From: Verrucomicrobiia bacterium
Lineage (GTDB): Bacteria > Verrucomicrobiota > Verrucomicrobiia > Verrucomicrobiales > DEV007
DNA: 64,000 bases
Assembly: GCA_020439945.1 (NCBI GenBank)
Contig: JAGRPB010000004.1
Span: 10,307-74,306 of the forward strand
Direction: 5' to 3'
The notes under the pieces were generated by a model. It did not search any database and was not told where the DNA came from. It worked only from the letters and a program-made list of their open reading frames with translations. The translations under genes and the position numbers were made by a program. Positions 29,481-38,675 of the stretch are shown piece by piece (position 1 is the first letter of the stretch; each line of letters opens with the position of its first letter).

Positions 29481-30899
29481 ATGAGAACCCGCCTCCTTGT
29501 TGCCGCCGGCCTGCTCCTCTCCATCGGTTCATCGCTTTCCGCCGGGGACGAGAAGGGGGAGAATTCGCTCGCCGGCACCTGGCAGGGTGTGATCGCCATC
29601 GGAGGAAAAGAGATTCCGGTCGTCTTCGAGATTTCATCCGACGGCAGAAACGGATGGAAAGGGCATCTCCTGAGCCCCTCCCAGACCGATCAGAAGATTC
29701 CGCTCAGTCTGATCGACTATCACGATCGCGACCTGAACCTCGCCGCCGAGATCATCGGCGGAAGTTTTCGCGGCAAGATGACCTCCAGCGGCCGATCCAT
29801 CCGGGGCGACTGGACCCAGGGAGGATTCACCGTGCCACTCGATCTCGATTTCAGCGAGGAAGCGTTCGCCTACGATCGACCCCAGACGCCGAAACCTCCG
29901 TTTCCCTACGTGACCGAAGAGGTGAGTTTTCCCAACCCACTCGGTAAGAACGAACTCGCCGGCACGCTGAGCTTTCCCGAGAAACCGATTTCCCCACTTC
30001 CCGCCGTCGTTCTCATCACCGGTTCCGGTCCCCAGGATCGTGACGAGACCATCGCCGGACACAAGCCCTTCGCCGTTATCGCCGATTACCTCACCCGGCG
30101 CGGCATCGCGGTGCTGCGCTACGACGATCGCGGCGTCGGGAAATCCACCGGCACCTTCGAGTACGGCACCACGATGGATTTCGCGACCGATGCCTGGGCG
30201 GCGGTCGAATACCTGAAGACCCGTTCCGAGATCGATCCGGAAAAAATCGGCCTGCTCGGTCACAGCGAGGGCGGCCTCATCGCGCCGATCGTCGCGGCGA
30301 AACGCGAGGGCATCGCCTTCCTCGTCCTGCTGGCGGGACCGGGTCTCAGAGGCGATCAGACCCTGCTCACGCAATCCAAGGCCATTGGCGAAGCCGCCGG
30401 GCTGAAACCGGAGATGCTCCAGCTCAGTCAGCAATTTTCGAAGGCGGTTTACGAACTGCTCACCCAACCGAATCCCGATCTCTCCCGGGTGCAGGAACTC
30501 GGGGAAAAATTCGAAGAGGAAGCCAGGAAATTGAACAGCGAAGATCTCGAAGCGCTCAACCAACTCGGTCCGATGCTGGAGCAGCAGATGAAAATGATCG
30601 AGTCGCCCTGGTTTTCCAATTTTCTCGCCATCGATCCGGCCGAGTATCTCCGCCAGGTCACCTGCCCCGTCCTGGCACTGAACGGAAAGAAGGATCTCCA
30701 GGTGATCGCCGACCTGCAACTGCCGGCCATCGAAGCCGCGCTACCGTCCGGCAAGCGAACCGTGCGCGCCCTGCCCGATCTCAATCACCTGTTCCAGAAA
30801 GCCGAAACCGGCCTCCCCGGAGAATACGCCGCCATCGACGAAACGATCTCGCCCACGGTGCTCAAGATCATCGGCGACTGGATCGAGTCCTTGTGGTGA
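29481..30899 (+). CDS. Secreted alpha/beta hydrolase (S9/dienelactone-hydrolase-like)
   Basis: Start at the ATG at 29481 gives signal peptide MRTRLLVAAGLLLSIGSSLSA. Nucleophile elbow LLGHSEGG. Confidence 0.82.
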   Translation: MRTRLLVAAGLLLSIGSSLSAGDEKGENSLAGTWQGVIAIGGKEIPVVFEISSDGRNGWKGHLLSPSQTDQKIPLSLIDYHDRDLNLAAEIIGGSFRGKMTSSGRSIRGDWTQGGFTVPLDLDFSEEAFAYDRPQTPKPPFPYVTEEVSFPNPLGKNELAGTLSFPEKPISPLPAVVLITGSGPQDRDETIAGHKPFAVIADYLTRRGIAVLRYDDRGVGKSTGTFEYGTTMDFATDAWAAVEYLKTRSEIDPEKIGLLGHSEGGLIAPIVAAKREGIAFLVLLAGPGLRGDQTLLTQSKAIGEAAGLKPEMLQLSQQFSKAVYELLTQPNPDLSRVQELGEKFEEEARKLNSEDLEALNQLGPMLEQQMKMIESPWFSNFLAIDPAEYLRQVTCPVLALNGKKDLQVIADLQLPAIEAALPSGKRTVRALPDLNHLFQKAETGLPGEYAAIDETISPTVLKIIGDWIESLW

Positions 30900-31047
30900 C
30901 CCAATTCCTTCCATCCTCCCAAGCGAGCCCAAAGATTGCCCGGAAATTGGAGAGCAGTTTCGTTCAGGCGAGTCCGCGACCATCGGACGCTTTGTTCCGC
31001 CTCGACCCGAAGTCAGCTGCCGTCGCCAATCGTCCGAATCCTATTTG

Positions 31048-31116
31048 TGTAGCGGAATTCGTGAGAATTCCGAAAACGAAGCCAACGCCGTCGGAATTCT
31101 CACGAATTCCGCTACA
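31048..31116. repeat. 26-bp perfect inverted repeat (hairpin/cruciform) with nested EcoRI-site palindromes
   Basis: TGTAGCGGAATTCGTGAGAATTCCGA (31048-31073) is the exact reverse complement of 31091-31116, with a 17-nt loop. Each arm holds the sub-palindrome GGAATTC-N4-GAATTCC. It lies between convergent genes. Confidence 0.9.
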
Positions 31117-31202
31117 TCGCCCCTCCCAAGAATCGCCGGTCCGGCGAATTCTTTTCTTGTCCAGAATCAACAGGGTCAAGTCGCGGACCCAACCCTGTAC
31201 AC

Positions 31203-32231
31203 TCAGCGGATTTCGATGACGATTTTGCCCACATGCTCCCCGCTCCGCAGGTGGGCGTAGGCGGCCTCCGCTTCCTCGAAGGAAAAAGACCGATCGATCA
31301 CGGGACGAATCTCTTTCTCGGCGAGAAAGGCGTTCAACCGCTCGAACATGGCGACGCTGCCCACGTAGATGCCGTGAAGGTCGGCGTTCCGCGCCACCAG
31401 TGGGAACAAGGTCGCATCGGGAGCCGAGAATCCGGTGAGCACGCCGATGAGCGCAATGTGACCACCCGCGGTGACGGAATTGAGCGAACGCCCCAGCGTG
31501 CCGGGGCCACCGACTTCGATTACGTGATCGACGCCGCGCTTCCCGGTGATGTCCCAGACCCGCTTGTCCCAATCCTCGTGTTCGCGGTAGTTGATCGTCT
31601 CCCAGGCGCCGAATTCGCGGGCCTGGGCGAGCTTTTCATCGGAGCTGGAAGTGATCACCACGCGTGCTCCGGCCGCGGTTGCCAGTTGCAGTCCGAACAC
31701 GGAAACGCCGCCGGTTCCCAAGGCCAGGACGGTCTGGCCGGCTTTCAATCCACCGCGCTCGAACAGGCCGTGCCACGCCGTGAGACCGGCACAGGGCAGG
31801 CAGGCGGCCTCGGCATCGGTGAGATAGTCCGGCGTGGCCACGAAGGATTCCGCCGGCCCGACCACGAAGTCGGCCAGCATGCCATCGCAGGAACCACCCC
31901 GTGCGGCCTGGTGATAGCTCATGTCGAAGGAGCCGTCCCGCCAGTCGCGGAAAAAGGCTCCCATGACGCGATCGCCTTCCCGCCAAGCCGTCACGCCTTC
32001 ACCGATCGAATCGACCACGCCCGCTCCGTCCGAAAGCGGAACGACTCCCCCGCCGGCGCTGCTGGCGGACTGGCCGCGTTTCATGAGCAGATCACGGTAG
32101 TTCAGCGAACAGGCGGTCACTCTCACCCGCACCTCACCTGGACCGGGATCGGGTGCGGGCGCGTCCTCGAGCACCAGTTCCAGTTCTTCTTTCTCGCCGG
32201 CGGCTGGTTGAAGCTGGTATCGACGCATCAT
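31203..32231 (-). CDS. Zinc-type/MDR NAD(P)-dependent alcohol dehydrogenase / quinone oxidoreductase
   Basis: Start at ATGATG at 32231 (MMRRYQL). Motifs GEVRVRVTACSLNYRD and Rossmann LALGTGGVSVFGLQLA. Confidence 0.85.
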   Translation of the reverse strand: MMRRYQLQPAAGEKEELELVLEDAPAPDPGPGEVRVRVTACSLNYRDLLMKRGQSASSAGGGVVPLSDGAGVVDSIGEGVTAWREGDRVMGAFFRDWRDGSFDMSYHQAARGGSCDGMLADFVVGPAESFVATPDYLTDAEAACLPCAGLTAWHGLFERGGLKAGQTVLALGTGGVSVFGLQLATAAGARVVITSSSDEKLAQAREFGAWETINYREHEDWDKRVWDITGKRGVDHVIEVGGPGTLGRSLNSVTAGGHIALIGVLTGFSAPDATLFPLVARNADLHGIYVGSVAMFERLNAFLAEKEIRPVIDRSFSFEEAEAAYAHLRSGEHVGKIVIEIR

Positions 32232-32343
32232 TTCCCAGCGTAGGGGTCTCTGAAAGGGAACGCAAATCACCGCTCGGGAAAGGCTCGCGGATGCCCAAAT
32301 TTTCTTTTGAATTCCCTTGGCAATCGCTCCTACAGTGAAAGTA

Positions 32344-33393
32344 ATGCCGCACACCACCCCATCCGTGGCGTCGGCCGCCTCTGTGGATGCGGAGAAGAAT
32401 CGTGAGCGATTCGTTTCCGCCTTTCGCTGGATGCTGCTGGCCCGGACCTTTGAAGACAAGATCGCCGCGCTCTACCGGGCGGGGAAAATCGTCGGCGGCG
32501 TCTATCTGGGACGCGGCCAGGAGGCGTTCAGCGCCGCCCTGGGCATGCAGCTCGACCAGAAACACGGCGACGTTTTCGCCGGTCTCATTCGGGATCAGGC
32601 GGGCAGGATGGCCTTCGGCGAACCGCTGCTCGATTCGGCCCGGACCTACCTGGGATCGGCGGAAGGTCCGATGCGCGGACGCGACGGAAATATCCACCGG
32701 GGGCGTCCGCTTCGGGGAATGCCGGCGATGATCAGCCATCTCGGCGCGATGATCTCCGTGGTGAACGGGATGCTGATGGCGAAACGTTTCCGGGGCCGGA
32801 CAGATGTCGTCGGCGGCGCGACCATCGGCGATGGCGGCACCTCCACGGGGGCGTTTCACGAGGGACTGAACCAGGCCGCGGTGGAAAGACTGCCGCTGGT
32901 GGTGGCGGTGGCGGACAACCAGTTTGCCTATTCCACGGCGACCGAACACCAGTATGCCTGTGAGAATCTGGTCGACCGGGCCATCGGCTACGGCGTGCGC
33001 GGTTACCGAATCGATGGGACCGACCTTGAAGCCTGCCTGGAGGCATTTGCCGAAGCGATCGAACGGGCGCGACGCGGCGAGGGTCCCCAGATGGTCGTGG
33101 GAAAGCTGCTGCGCCTGGCGGGACACGGCGAACACGACGACGCTCGCTACATTCCGCCGGACCTTCGAGACAAACCTTTCGGCGGCGACTGCCTGCCGCT
33201 GGCGCGCGAGCGGCTGCTTGACGAGAAGTGGCTCTCGCAGGACGAACTGGACGAACTCGTGACCACGACCCAGGAGTCGGTCGACGAAGCCGTGGCCCGG
33301 GCCCAGAGCGAGCCGGATCCGAATCCGTTCCGTGAATCGTGGCACGCGCTGGCGACCAAGCATCTCGCGGAAGGCACTTTGCCCGCTGACTGA
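32344..33393 (+). CDS. Thiamine-diphosphate-dependent 2-oxoacid dehydrogenase E1 component, alpha subunit
   Basis: TPP motif GDGGTSTGAFHEGLNQAAVERLPLVVAVADN. ATG at 32344, or the in-frame TTG at 32317. Confidence 0.88.
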   Translation: MPHTTPSVASAASVDAEKNRERFVSAFRWMLLARTFEDKIAALYRAGKIVGGVYLGRGQEAFSAALGMQLDQKHGDVFAGLIRDQAGRMAFGEPLLDSARTYLGSAEGPMRGRDGNIHRGRPLRGMPAMISHLGAMISVVNGMLMAKRFRGRTDVVGGATIGDGGTSTGAFHEGLNQAAVERLPLVVAVADNQFAYSTATEHQYACENLVDRAIGYGVRGYRIDGTDLEACLEAFAEAIERARRGEGPQMVVGKLLRLAGHGEHDDARYIPPDLRDKPFGGDCLPLARERLLDEKWLSQDELDELVTTTQESVDEAVARAQSEPDPNPFRESWHALATKHLAEGTLPAD

Positions 33394-33529
33394 TCCCGCG
33401 CCACACTCGGATCCCGACCGAGACCGCCCGGTCTTTCCCCTTGCGTCGGGGGGACGCTTGTTGAAAAGAAGAGCGACACCGTTTTTCCGACGATCCGATT
33501 TCCCGCCTTCTTCTTCGAAAAGACCGCCC

Positions 33530-34495
33530 ATGGCCATCACCTACCTCGACGCCATTCGCGAAGCCCAGTCCCGCGCCCTGGAAGAGGACGAAAATGTCTA
33601 CATCTACGGGCAGGACGTGGCGGCATTCGGCGGTGCTTTCAAAGCGACCAAGGGATTGTCGGAACGATTCCCCGGCCGGGTGATCGATGCGCCGATTTCC
33701 GAGGATGCCATCGTCGGATCGGCGGTGGGCGCGGCGATCGAGGGTATGCGGCCGATCATCGAGATGCAGTTCGCGGACTTCTCCTCGATCGGTTTCAATC
33801 AGATTATCAACCAGAGTGCCACCCAGTTCTGGAGAACCGGGGTTCCGTGTCCCATCACCATTCGCCTGCCCTCCGGCGGCACAGAAGGCAGCGGACCCTT
33901 TCACAGCCAGAGTCTCGAGTCGATCTATGCGCACTACCCCGGTCTGATCGTGATGACGCCGGCAACCGTGGAGGATGCCTACGGGATGCTGCTGGAGGCG
34001 ATCCGCATCGATGATCCGGTGATTTTTTGCGAGCACAAGCTGCTTTACTACCACCTGAAGGCGGACGAATTGCCAAAAACGATCCTGCCGGTCGGCAAAG
34101 CGCGCATCGCCCGCGCCGGACGCCACGCCACCGTGGTGGCCTGTTCGGCGATGGTCCATGAGGCGCTGCGCGCCGCCCGCGAACTGGCCGAGGAAGGTTG
34201 GCAGATCGAGGTGGTGGACCTGCGCTCCGCCAAACCGATCGACACGGATACGATCCTCGCTTCCGTCGCCCGGACGGGCCGACTGCTGGCAGTCAGCGAG
34301 AGTTTTCCCTGGGGCGGCCTGACGGCCGAGGTGGTCTCCCGGGTGTCCGCGGAGGGATTCCACCTGCTCGACGCTCCCCCGCAGCGGCTGAACTCGAAAG
34401 ACACGCCAATCCCCTATCACCCGAACCTGTGGCGGGCTCATCGCCCGACTTGGCAGACCATTGCGGCAGCGACCCGCAACCTGATTCAGCTCTGA
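33530..34495 (+). CDS. 2-oxoacid dehydrogenase E1 component, beta subunit
   Basis: Start at the ATG at 33530 (MAITYLDAIREAQSRALEED). Motifs FGGAFKATKGL and PISEDAIVG. Confidence 0.9.
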   Translation: MAITYLDAIREAQSRALEEDENVYIYGQDVAAFGGAFKATKGLSERFPGRVIDAPISEDAIVGSAVGAAIEGMRPIIEMQFADFSSIGFNQIINQSATQFWRTGVPCPITIRLPSGGTEGSGPFHSQSLESIYAHYPGLIVMTPATVEDAYGMLLEAIRIDDPVIFCEHKLLYYHLKADELPKTILPVGKARIARAGRHATVVACSAMVHEALRAARELAEEGWQIEVVDLRSAKPIDTDTILASVARTGRLLAVSESFPWGGLTAEVVSRVSAEGFHLLDAPPQRLNSKDTPIPYHPNLWRAHRPTWQTIAAATRNLIQL

Positions 34496-34519
34496 TCGCG
34501 TACCGTTTTTCCCTTTTGA

Positions 34520-34957
34520 ATGTCGCGCGGTTCATGTTACGCATTACGTATGGCGCGAGCATTTACGGCAGTCGTGATCGCCATCCTCATGGCGAATCCG
34601 TTCTGTTGCTGTGCCGCCGGTCACGGTTCGACCGGCGCAAAGGCTGATTCGTCGCCGGCCACATCGGGGCATTCCTGTTGTCAGTCCAGAAAGGCAACAT
34701 CTGAAAAGAAATCGGATGCCCCCGACTCGGATCATCACGAGTGCCAGTGCGCGAAGAACCAGCGGCTCACCGGTGACTCCTCGCTGCTCAAGGCTCCCGC
34801 GCCCCTTTGCGCGGCACTCCCCGCGCTCCTGCCCACTTTTCCTGAGAGCGACTGTTGGACCGATCGCGATCTCTCCATCCTCCGACCGGAGATTCCCGAT
34901 CATCCTCCGCCAAACGGTTTGTCATTTTCTGTTCTCTACGGCGTCTACCGTTGTTGA
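34520..34957 (+). CDS. Cys/His-rich membrane-anchored small protein, hypothetical
   Basis: One TM helix (AFTAVVIAILMANPF) followed by clusters CCC, HSCC and HHECQC. Alternative start at the ATG at 34550. Confidence 0.55.
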   Translation: MSRGSCYALRMARAFTAVVIAILMANPFCCCAAGHGSTGAKADSSPATSGHSCCQSRKATSEKKSDAPDSDHHECQCAKNQRLTGDSSLLKAPAPLCAALPALLPTFPESDCWTDRDLSILRPEIPDHPPPNGLSFSVLYGVYRC

Positions 34958-35185
34958 GATCCTTTCCGTTCGAACGGCCAGGCGCGATTTCTCCCCCGCG
35001 AAACCTGTGTCGGAGCCTGCGCACGGAAACCGATCCTGGTCGCGATCCGTAAACCTTTTCAAAAGCTTCCGATGGCCGCTTTCGAAATTTCCCACTCTCC
35101 CCGGGAGACTCTCTTCGACCGGAGCTAAGGGTCGAACCTTCTCATCAAACTCACTGCAAACTAAAATCCAAACCAAATACAACTC

Positions 35186-35488
35186 ATGAAATACCTCACT
35201 GCTGCTCTCTTCGCCGCCGCCATGGCCTTCACCGTGGTCTCCGCCAAAGCGGAAGAGAAAACCTTCGAAGGCGTGATGTGCTGCGCCAAATGCAAACTCA
35301 AGGAAGCCGATGCCTGCGCCGATGTGCTCAAGGTCGGTGACGTCGTTTACCAACTCGAGCAGGACGGCAAGCGCAAGACTTCCGAACATCAGTGCAGCGG
35401 CACCGCCAACGCCAAGGTGACCGGCACGGTCGAAGAACGCGACGGCAAGCAGTTCATCGTCGTTTCCAAGATCGAAAAGGAAGGCTGA
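35186..35488 (+). CDS. Small secreted Cys-rich protein (C-C-x2-C ... C ... C), hypothetical
   Basis: Signal peptide MKYLTAALFAAAMAFTVVSA. Mature part has CCAKCKLKEADAC and HQCSG. Followed by a strong terminator. Confidence 0.75.
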   Translation: MKYLTAALFAAAMAFTVVSAKAEEKTFEGVMCCAKCKLKEADACADVLKVGDVVYQLEQDGKRKTSEHQCSGTANAKVTGTVEERDGKQFIVVSKIEKEG

Positions 35489-35502
35489 TCCAGCCCAACC
35501 TA

Positions 35503-35566
35503 TTTTGATCGTTTGACGATCAAAAACTCAGAGAACGCCGCTTCGGGAATCCGGAGCGGCGTTTTT
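35503..35566 (+). terminator. Tandem hairpins ending in an intrinsic terminator
   Basis: Hairpin 1 is TTTTGATCG-loop-CGATCAAAA (35503-35525). Hairpin 2 is ACGCCGCT...AGCGGCGT followed by T5 (35535-35566). Confidence 0.8.
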
Positions 35567-35642
35567 CATTGCGGCGTTGCGCCCGGACTTCTGTTGGACA
35601 AGTTCACCAGCGCGTTCGATCGATGTGGGAGAAACCTCACCC

Positions 35643-36689
35643 ATGAAACCATTCCTCTTCGCGTCTCTCGCCTCCCTATCGCTCGCCGGAATCGCTCTCG
35701 CTGACGATTCCCCGCTGACCTTCAGCGATCCGAAGCCACAGCGTTACCAACTCGAAGCCCGGGCCAGCGAACTCGATTCGCGGACGAAGGAACATCCCGA
35801 GATCGATTTCATTTTCGAAAAGGACGGCAAGCCGCAGGATGTCGAACACGCGTCCGTGGATACGAGCGTAAAACCGGCCGGCAAATTGGTGATCTGGATG
35901 ATGGGTCACAATGAGAAGCTTTTCGAACGTCTCAACTCCTACGGGCTCCACGCCATCCAGCCTCACTACGCGAATCGATGGTTTTCCAAAGTCTGCACCG
36001 AAACTCCGGTCAGCGAAACCTGTCGGGGCAACGTGCGTCTCGAAGCGGCCACGGGAGAGGATTACAGCGAAGACGTCAACATTCCCCAGCCCGACGGCAT
36101 GATGGAGCGGGCGTTCCAATTCGTGAAGTGGCTTTCGAAAGAAAACCCCGCCGGACGCTGGGACTACTTCATCAATGAGAGCGGCGACGGACTGCGCTGG
36201 GACCGGGTGATCATGTCCGGGAGTTCGCACGGCTCGACCACCTCGGCGCGTTTCGCCAAGCATCAGCGGGTCGATCGCGTGGTCATGCTCTGCGGACCTC
36301 GCGACCAGTATCAGAACTGGCAGGCGCTCCCCTCCGCCACGCCGGCGAACCGCTATTTCGGATTCAGCCACGTGCTGGACGGCGGCTGGACCGGCGACCA
36401 CTACTGCCGATCGTGGGAACTGCTGGGGCTTCACGAGTTCGGCCCCATCGTGAATGTCGATGATGCCAAGCCTCCCTACGAAAACACCCGGCGCCTCATC
36501 ACGGCCGCCGATGTCGGGAACGACGACAAGCGGGCCCACTCCTCCGTGACACCCGGCGGGGCGTCACCCAAGAACACGGAAGGAGAATTCCTTTTTGAAG
36601 ACGTCTGGCGCTATCTCTACACCCATCCCGTCGACGAAGTGGGCACGCCCGTGCCGATGGATGATGATTGCGTGAAAGATCAGCGTTGA
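35643..36689 (+). CDS. Secreted hypothetical protein, possible alpha/beta-hydrolase-like esterase
   Basis: Start at the ATG at 35643 gives signal peptide MKPFLFASLASLSLAGIALA. There is a GxSxG-like motif MSGSSHGS. The function call is weak. Confidence 0.6.
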   Translation: MKPFLFASLASLSLAGIALADDSPLTFSDPKPQRYQLEARASELDSRTKEHPEIDFIFEKDGKPQDVEHASVDTSVKPAGKLVIWMMGHNEKLFERLNSYGLHAIQPHYANRWFSKVCTETPVSETCRGNVRLEAATGEDYSEDVNIPQPDGMMERAFQFVKWLSKENPAGRWDYFINESGDGLRWDRVIMSGSSHGSTTSARFAKHQRVDRVVMLCGPRDQYQNWQALPSATPANRYFGFSHVLDGGWTGDHYCRSWELLGLHEFGPIVNVDDAKPPYENTRRLITAADVGNDDKRAHSSVTPGGASPKNTEGEFLFEDVWRYLYTHPVDEVGTPVPMDDDCVKDQR

Positions 36690-36786
36690 GGAATTCCCGC
36701 GCGCGCGCCCTACAAAGGCAGGGTCGAATTGTAATCGAAACCGGAGGCTCCCGTCGGAAAGTGAAAGCATCCATTTCAAGACAATC

Positions 36787-37236
36787 ATGAACGAAACTTC
36801 TACCTCTATCCAACCCCACGCGGGAGGTGCGCCGGCCGGGAATCCGCCCGCCAGTTCGACTCACAGCGTGGCGATCGGCTACATCCTTTGGATTTTCGGT
36901 TTCACCGGCGCCCATCGCTTTTACTACGGCAAACCGATCTCGGGCGCGATCTGGCTTTTCACCGGCGGTCTCCTCGGGATCGGCTGGTTGATTGACCTTT
37001 TCCTGATCCCCGGCATGGACCGCAAGGCGGACCTCCGCTACGCGACCGGCCGCTATGATTACTCGACCCCCTGGTTGCTGCAAACCTTCGCCGGTCCGCT
37101 CGGGCTTCACCGCATGTACCTCGGCAAATGGGTCAGCGGATTCGTCTACCTGTTTACGGGCGGCCTGCTCCTGGTTGGCTGGATCTACGATTTCTGCACC
37201 CTGAACGGCCAAGTCGACGAACAGAATCGCGCCTGA
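36787..37236 (+). CDS. TM2 domain-containing membrane protein (two TM2 units)
   Basis: Duplicated motif: WIFGFTGAHRFYYGK...GIGWLIDLF and GPLGLHRMYLGK...VGWIYDF. Confidence 0.85.
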   Translation: MNETSTSIQPHAGGAPAGNPPASSTHSVAIGYILWIFGFTGAHRFYYGKPISGAIWLFTGGLLGIGWLIDLFLIPGMDRKADLRYATGRYDYSTPWLLQTFAGPLGLHRMYLGKWVSGFVYLFTGGLLLVGWIYDFCTLNGQVDEQNRA

Positions 37237-37240
37237 TCGA

Positions 37241-38269
37241 TCACTCCAATTCGACGATCTGGAAACTCTCAACCGTCACGACGCTACCCACCGCGGGTCC
37301 GATTCCCACGGGGCTGTCGAGTGAGTCAAAGGCACCGTCCATGGTGGCCCTTTGCTTGCCGTCGACGCTGACTTCGATCTGGTTCTTCCGAACATCGATC
37401 ACGAAATCGTGCATCTCGTTCGCAGAAACGCTGCCGGCGCCCGGCACTCCGATGGCCCGATAGGTAGCGGGATCGCGCAGCCGCAACTCTTCGACATTCA
37501 TCTCCCAATTGAAGACGGCCAGGATTCCTTTCCCATAGTAGAAACGGATGTTGGTGGAGTCCGTCTTGACGCGGGCTCTGATTCGAAACGGAGGTGAGAA
37601 ATCGCGCCGAGATTCGACCCAGCAGGTTTTCGGTCCCTTGAGTTCCAAGCCATCCGGCACCGTCTCCACCTCGCACCCCTTCATGGATTCGACGCTGGCT
37701 CGACTTTTGAATTCCCAGAGAACTCGAGCCATTTCCGCGGTCGGCCGACTATCGGGATGGGCGATGGACAACTTGCTGATTTCCGCCTCCAATGCGTCAA
37801 CCCGCTTCTTCACTTCCAGGGCCTCGTCAATCCTGCCCTCCTTGGTAAGTGCTTCCATCCTCGGCCGCAACGCCTCGCTGTAGGACTCCAGGAGTTTCGC
37901 TTTGCTTTTGTCGACTTCCCCGGAAAGGGTCGGCCACTTCTCATCGTAAATCTCTCTCAAGCGACGCAATTCGGGAAATCCGTCGTAGTCTCGCTCCCCT
38001 TTCTCCCGAAACAATTCGCGCTCCTTTTTCACCAGCAAAGCCATTTCGAGTCGACCTCGCGACTGAGCCAGCTCTTGAAGTTGTTTCAATTCCTGCTCGT
38101 AGCGCGCCTCAAAATCTCGGACCGGTTGCTCGGCCTCGCGCATCGCCTTTGCGAATTTTTCCTCCATGGCGACCAGCTCTGTCAGGGAGGAGGAGGCGTC
38201 GTCCTGCGCGACGGTGGCCGCGATGGCGGAAAGCCAGAGAAAGCCGAGGAAGAGAAACGTTGGTCTCAT
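37241..38269 (-). CDS. Secreted protein with an N-terminal coiled coil and a C-terminal beta-sandwich (lectin/glucanase-like) domain, hypothetical
   Basis: ATG at 38269 gives signal MRPTFLFLGFLWLSAIAA (GTG at 38281 is the alternative). The N-terminal half is heptad-rich and the C-terminal half beta-rich. Confidence 0.7.
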   Translation of the reverse strand: MRPTFLFLGFLWLSAIAATVAQDDASSSLTELVAMEEKFAKAMREAEQPVRDFEARYEQELKQLQELAQSRGRLEMALLVKKERELFREKGERDYDGFPELRRLREIYDEKWPTLSGEVDKSKAKLLESYSEALRPRMEALTKEGRIDEALEVKKRVDALEAEISKLSIAHPDSRPTAEMARVLWEFKSRASVESMKGCEVETVPDGLELKGPKTCWVESRRDFSPPFRIRARVKTDSTNIRFYYGKGILAVFNWEMNVEELRLRDPATYRAIGVPGAGSVSANEMHDFVIDVRKNQIEVSVDGKQRATMDGAFDSLDSPVGIGPAVGSVVTVESFQIVELE

Positions 38270-38483
38270 GCGAAACAGCACCGGAAAAGTTCTTTAGTCA
38301 ACGAATGCAAGAATAGTATGCAGCCATCGCCCCCTTCAAGGCCTGTTTCCCGGAGGGGCGATTCTGCGATTTCATCCCATGAAAGGGCTGCGGGAAATTT
38401 GCGATTGGCGAAGGATTCCCGCTTGGAAAAGTCGAATCCCTGTGCCAATTTCCCGCTCGCTCGACTTCCGGGCGATTGGTCAA

Positions 38484-38560
<77 letters not shown>

Positions 38561-38564
38561 CTCT

Positions 38565-38635
38565 GGGTCTACACCAAAGGGGTCTACACCGGGTCTACAC
38601 CAAAGTTTGGGGGGTCTACAGGGTCTACACCAAAG
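38565..38635. repeat. Five direct copies of GGGTCTACA(CC), three of them extended to GGGTCTACACCAAAG, starting 4 nt after the tRNA
   Basis: Copies at 38565-38579, 38580-38590, 38591-38605, 38612-38620 and 38621-38635. A T7 run follows at about 38651. Confidence 0.9.
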
Positions 38636-38675
38636 ATTGGGGGAAGGACCTTTTTTTGTTCATCTTCGGTTTTGG

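Noticed and set aside
28078-29637. 519-aa minus-strand ORF opposite the HupE/UreJ-like gene
   Set aside because: Antisense artefact with Arg/Gly/Asp-rich composition and no motifs.
30893-31260. Short ORFs 30893-31219 and 31045-31260 (plus) and 30964-31572 (minus) across the inverted-repeat region
   Set aside because: They have no motifs and are driven by the palindrome. The region is better explained as intergenic DNA between convergent genes.
32134-34441. 468-aa and 569-aa minus-strand ORFs opposite the E1 alpha/beta genes
   Set aside because: Antisense artefacts. The plus-strand frames carry the TPP-binding motif and the E1 beta signature.
38565-38635. GGGTCTACACC direct repeats considered as a CRISPR array
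   Set aside because: The repeats are 9-15 bp, directly abutting or separated by only 6 nt. There are no spacer-sized unique segments and no cas genes in the window.
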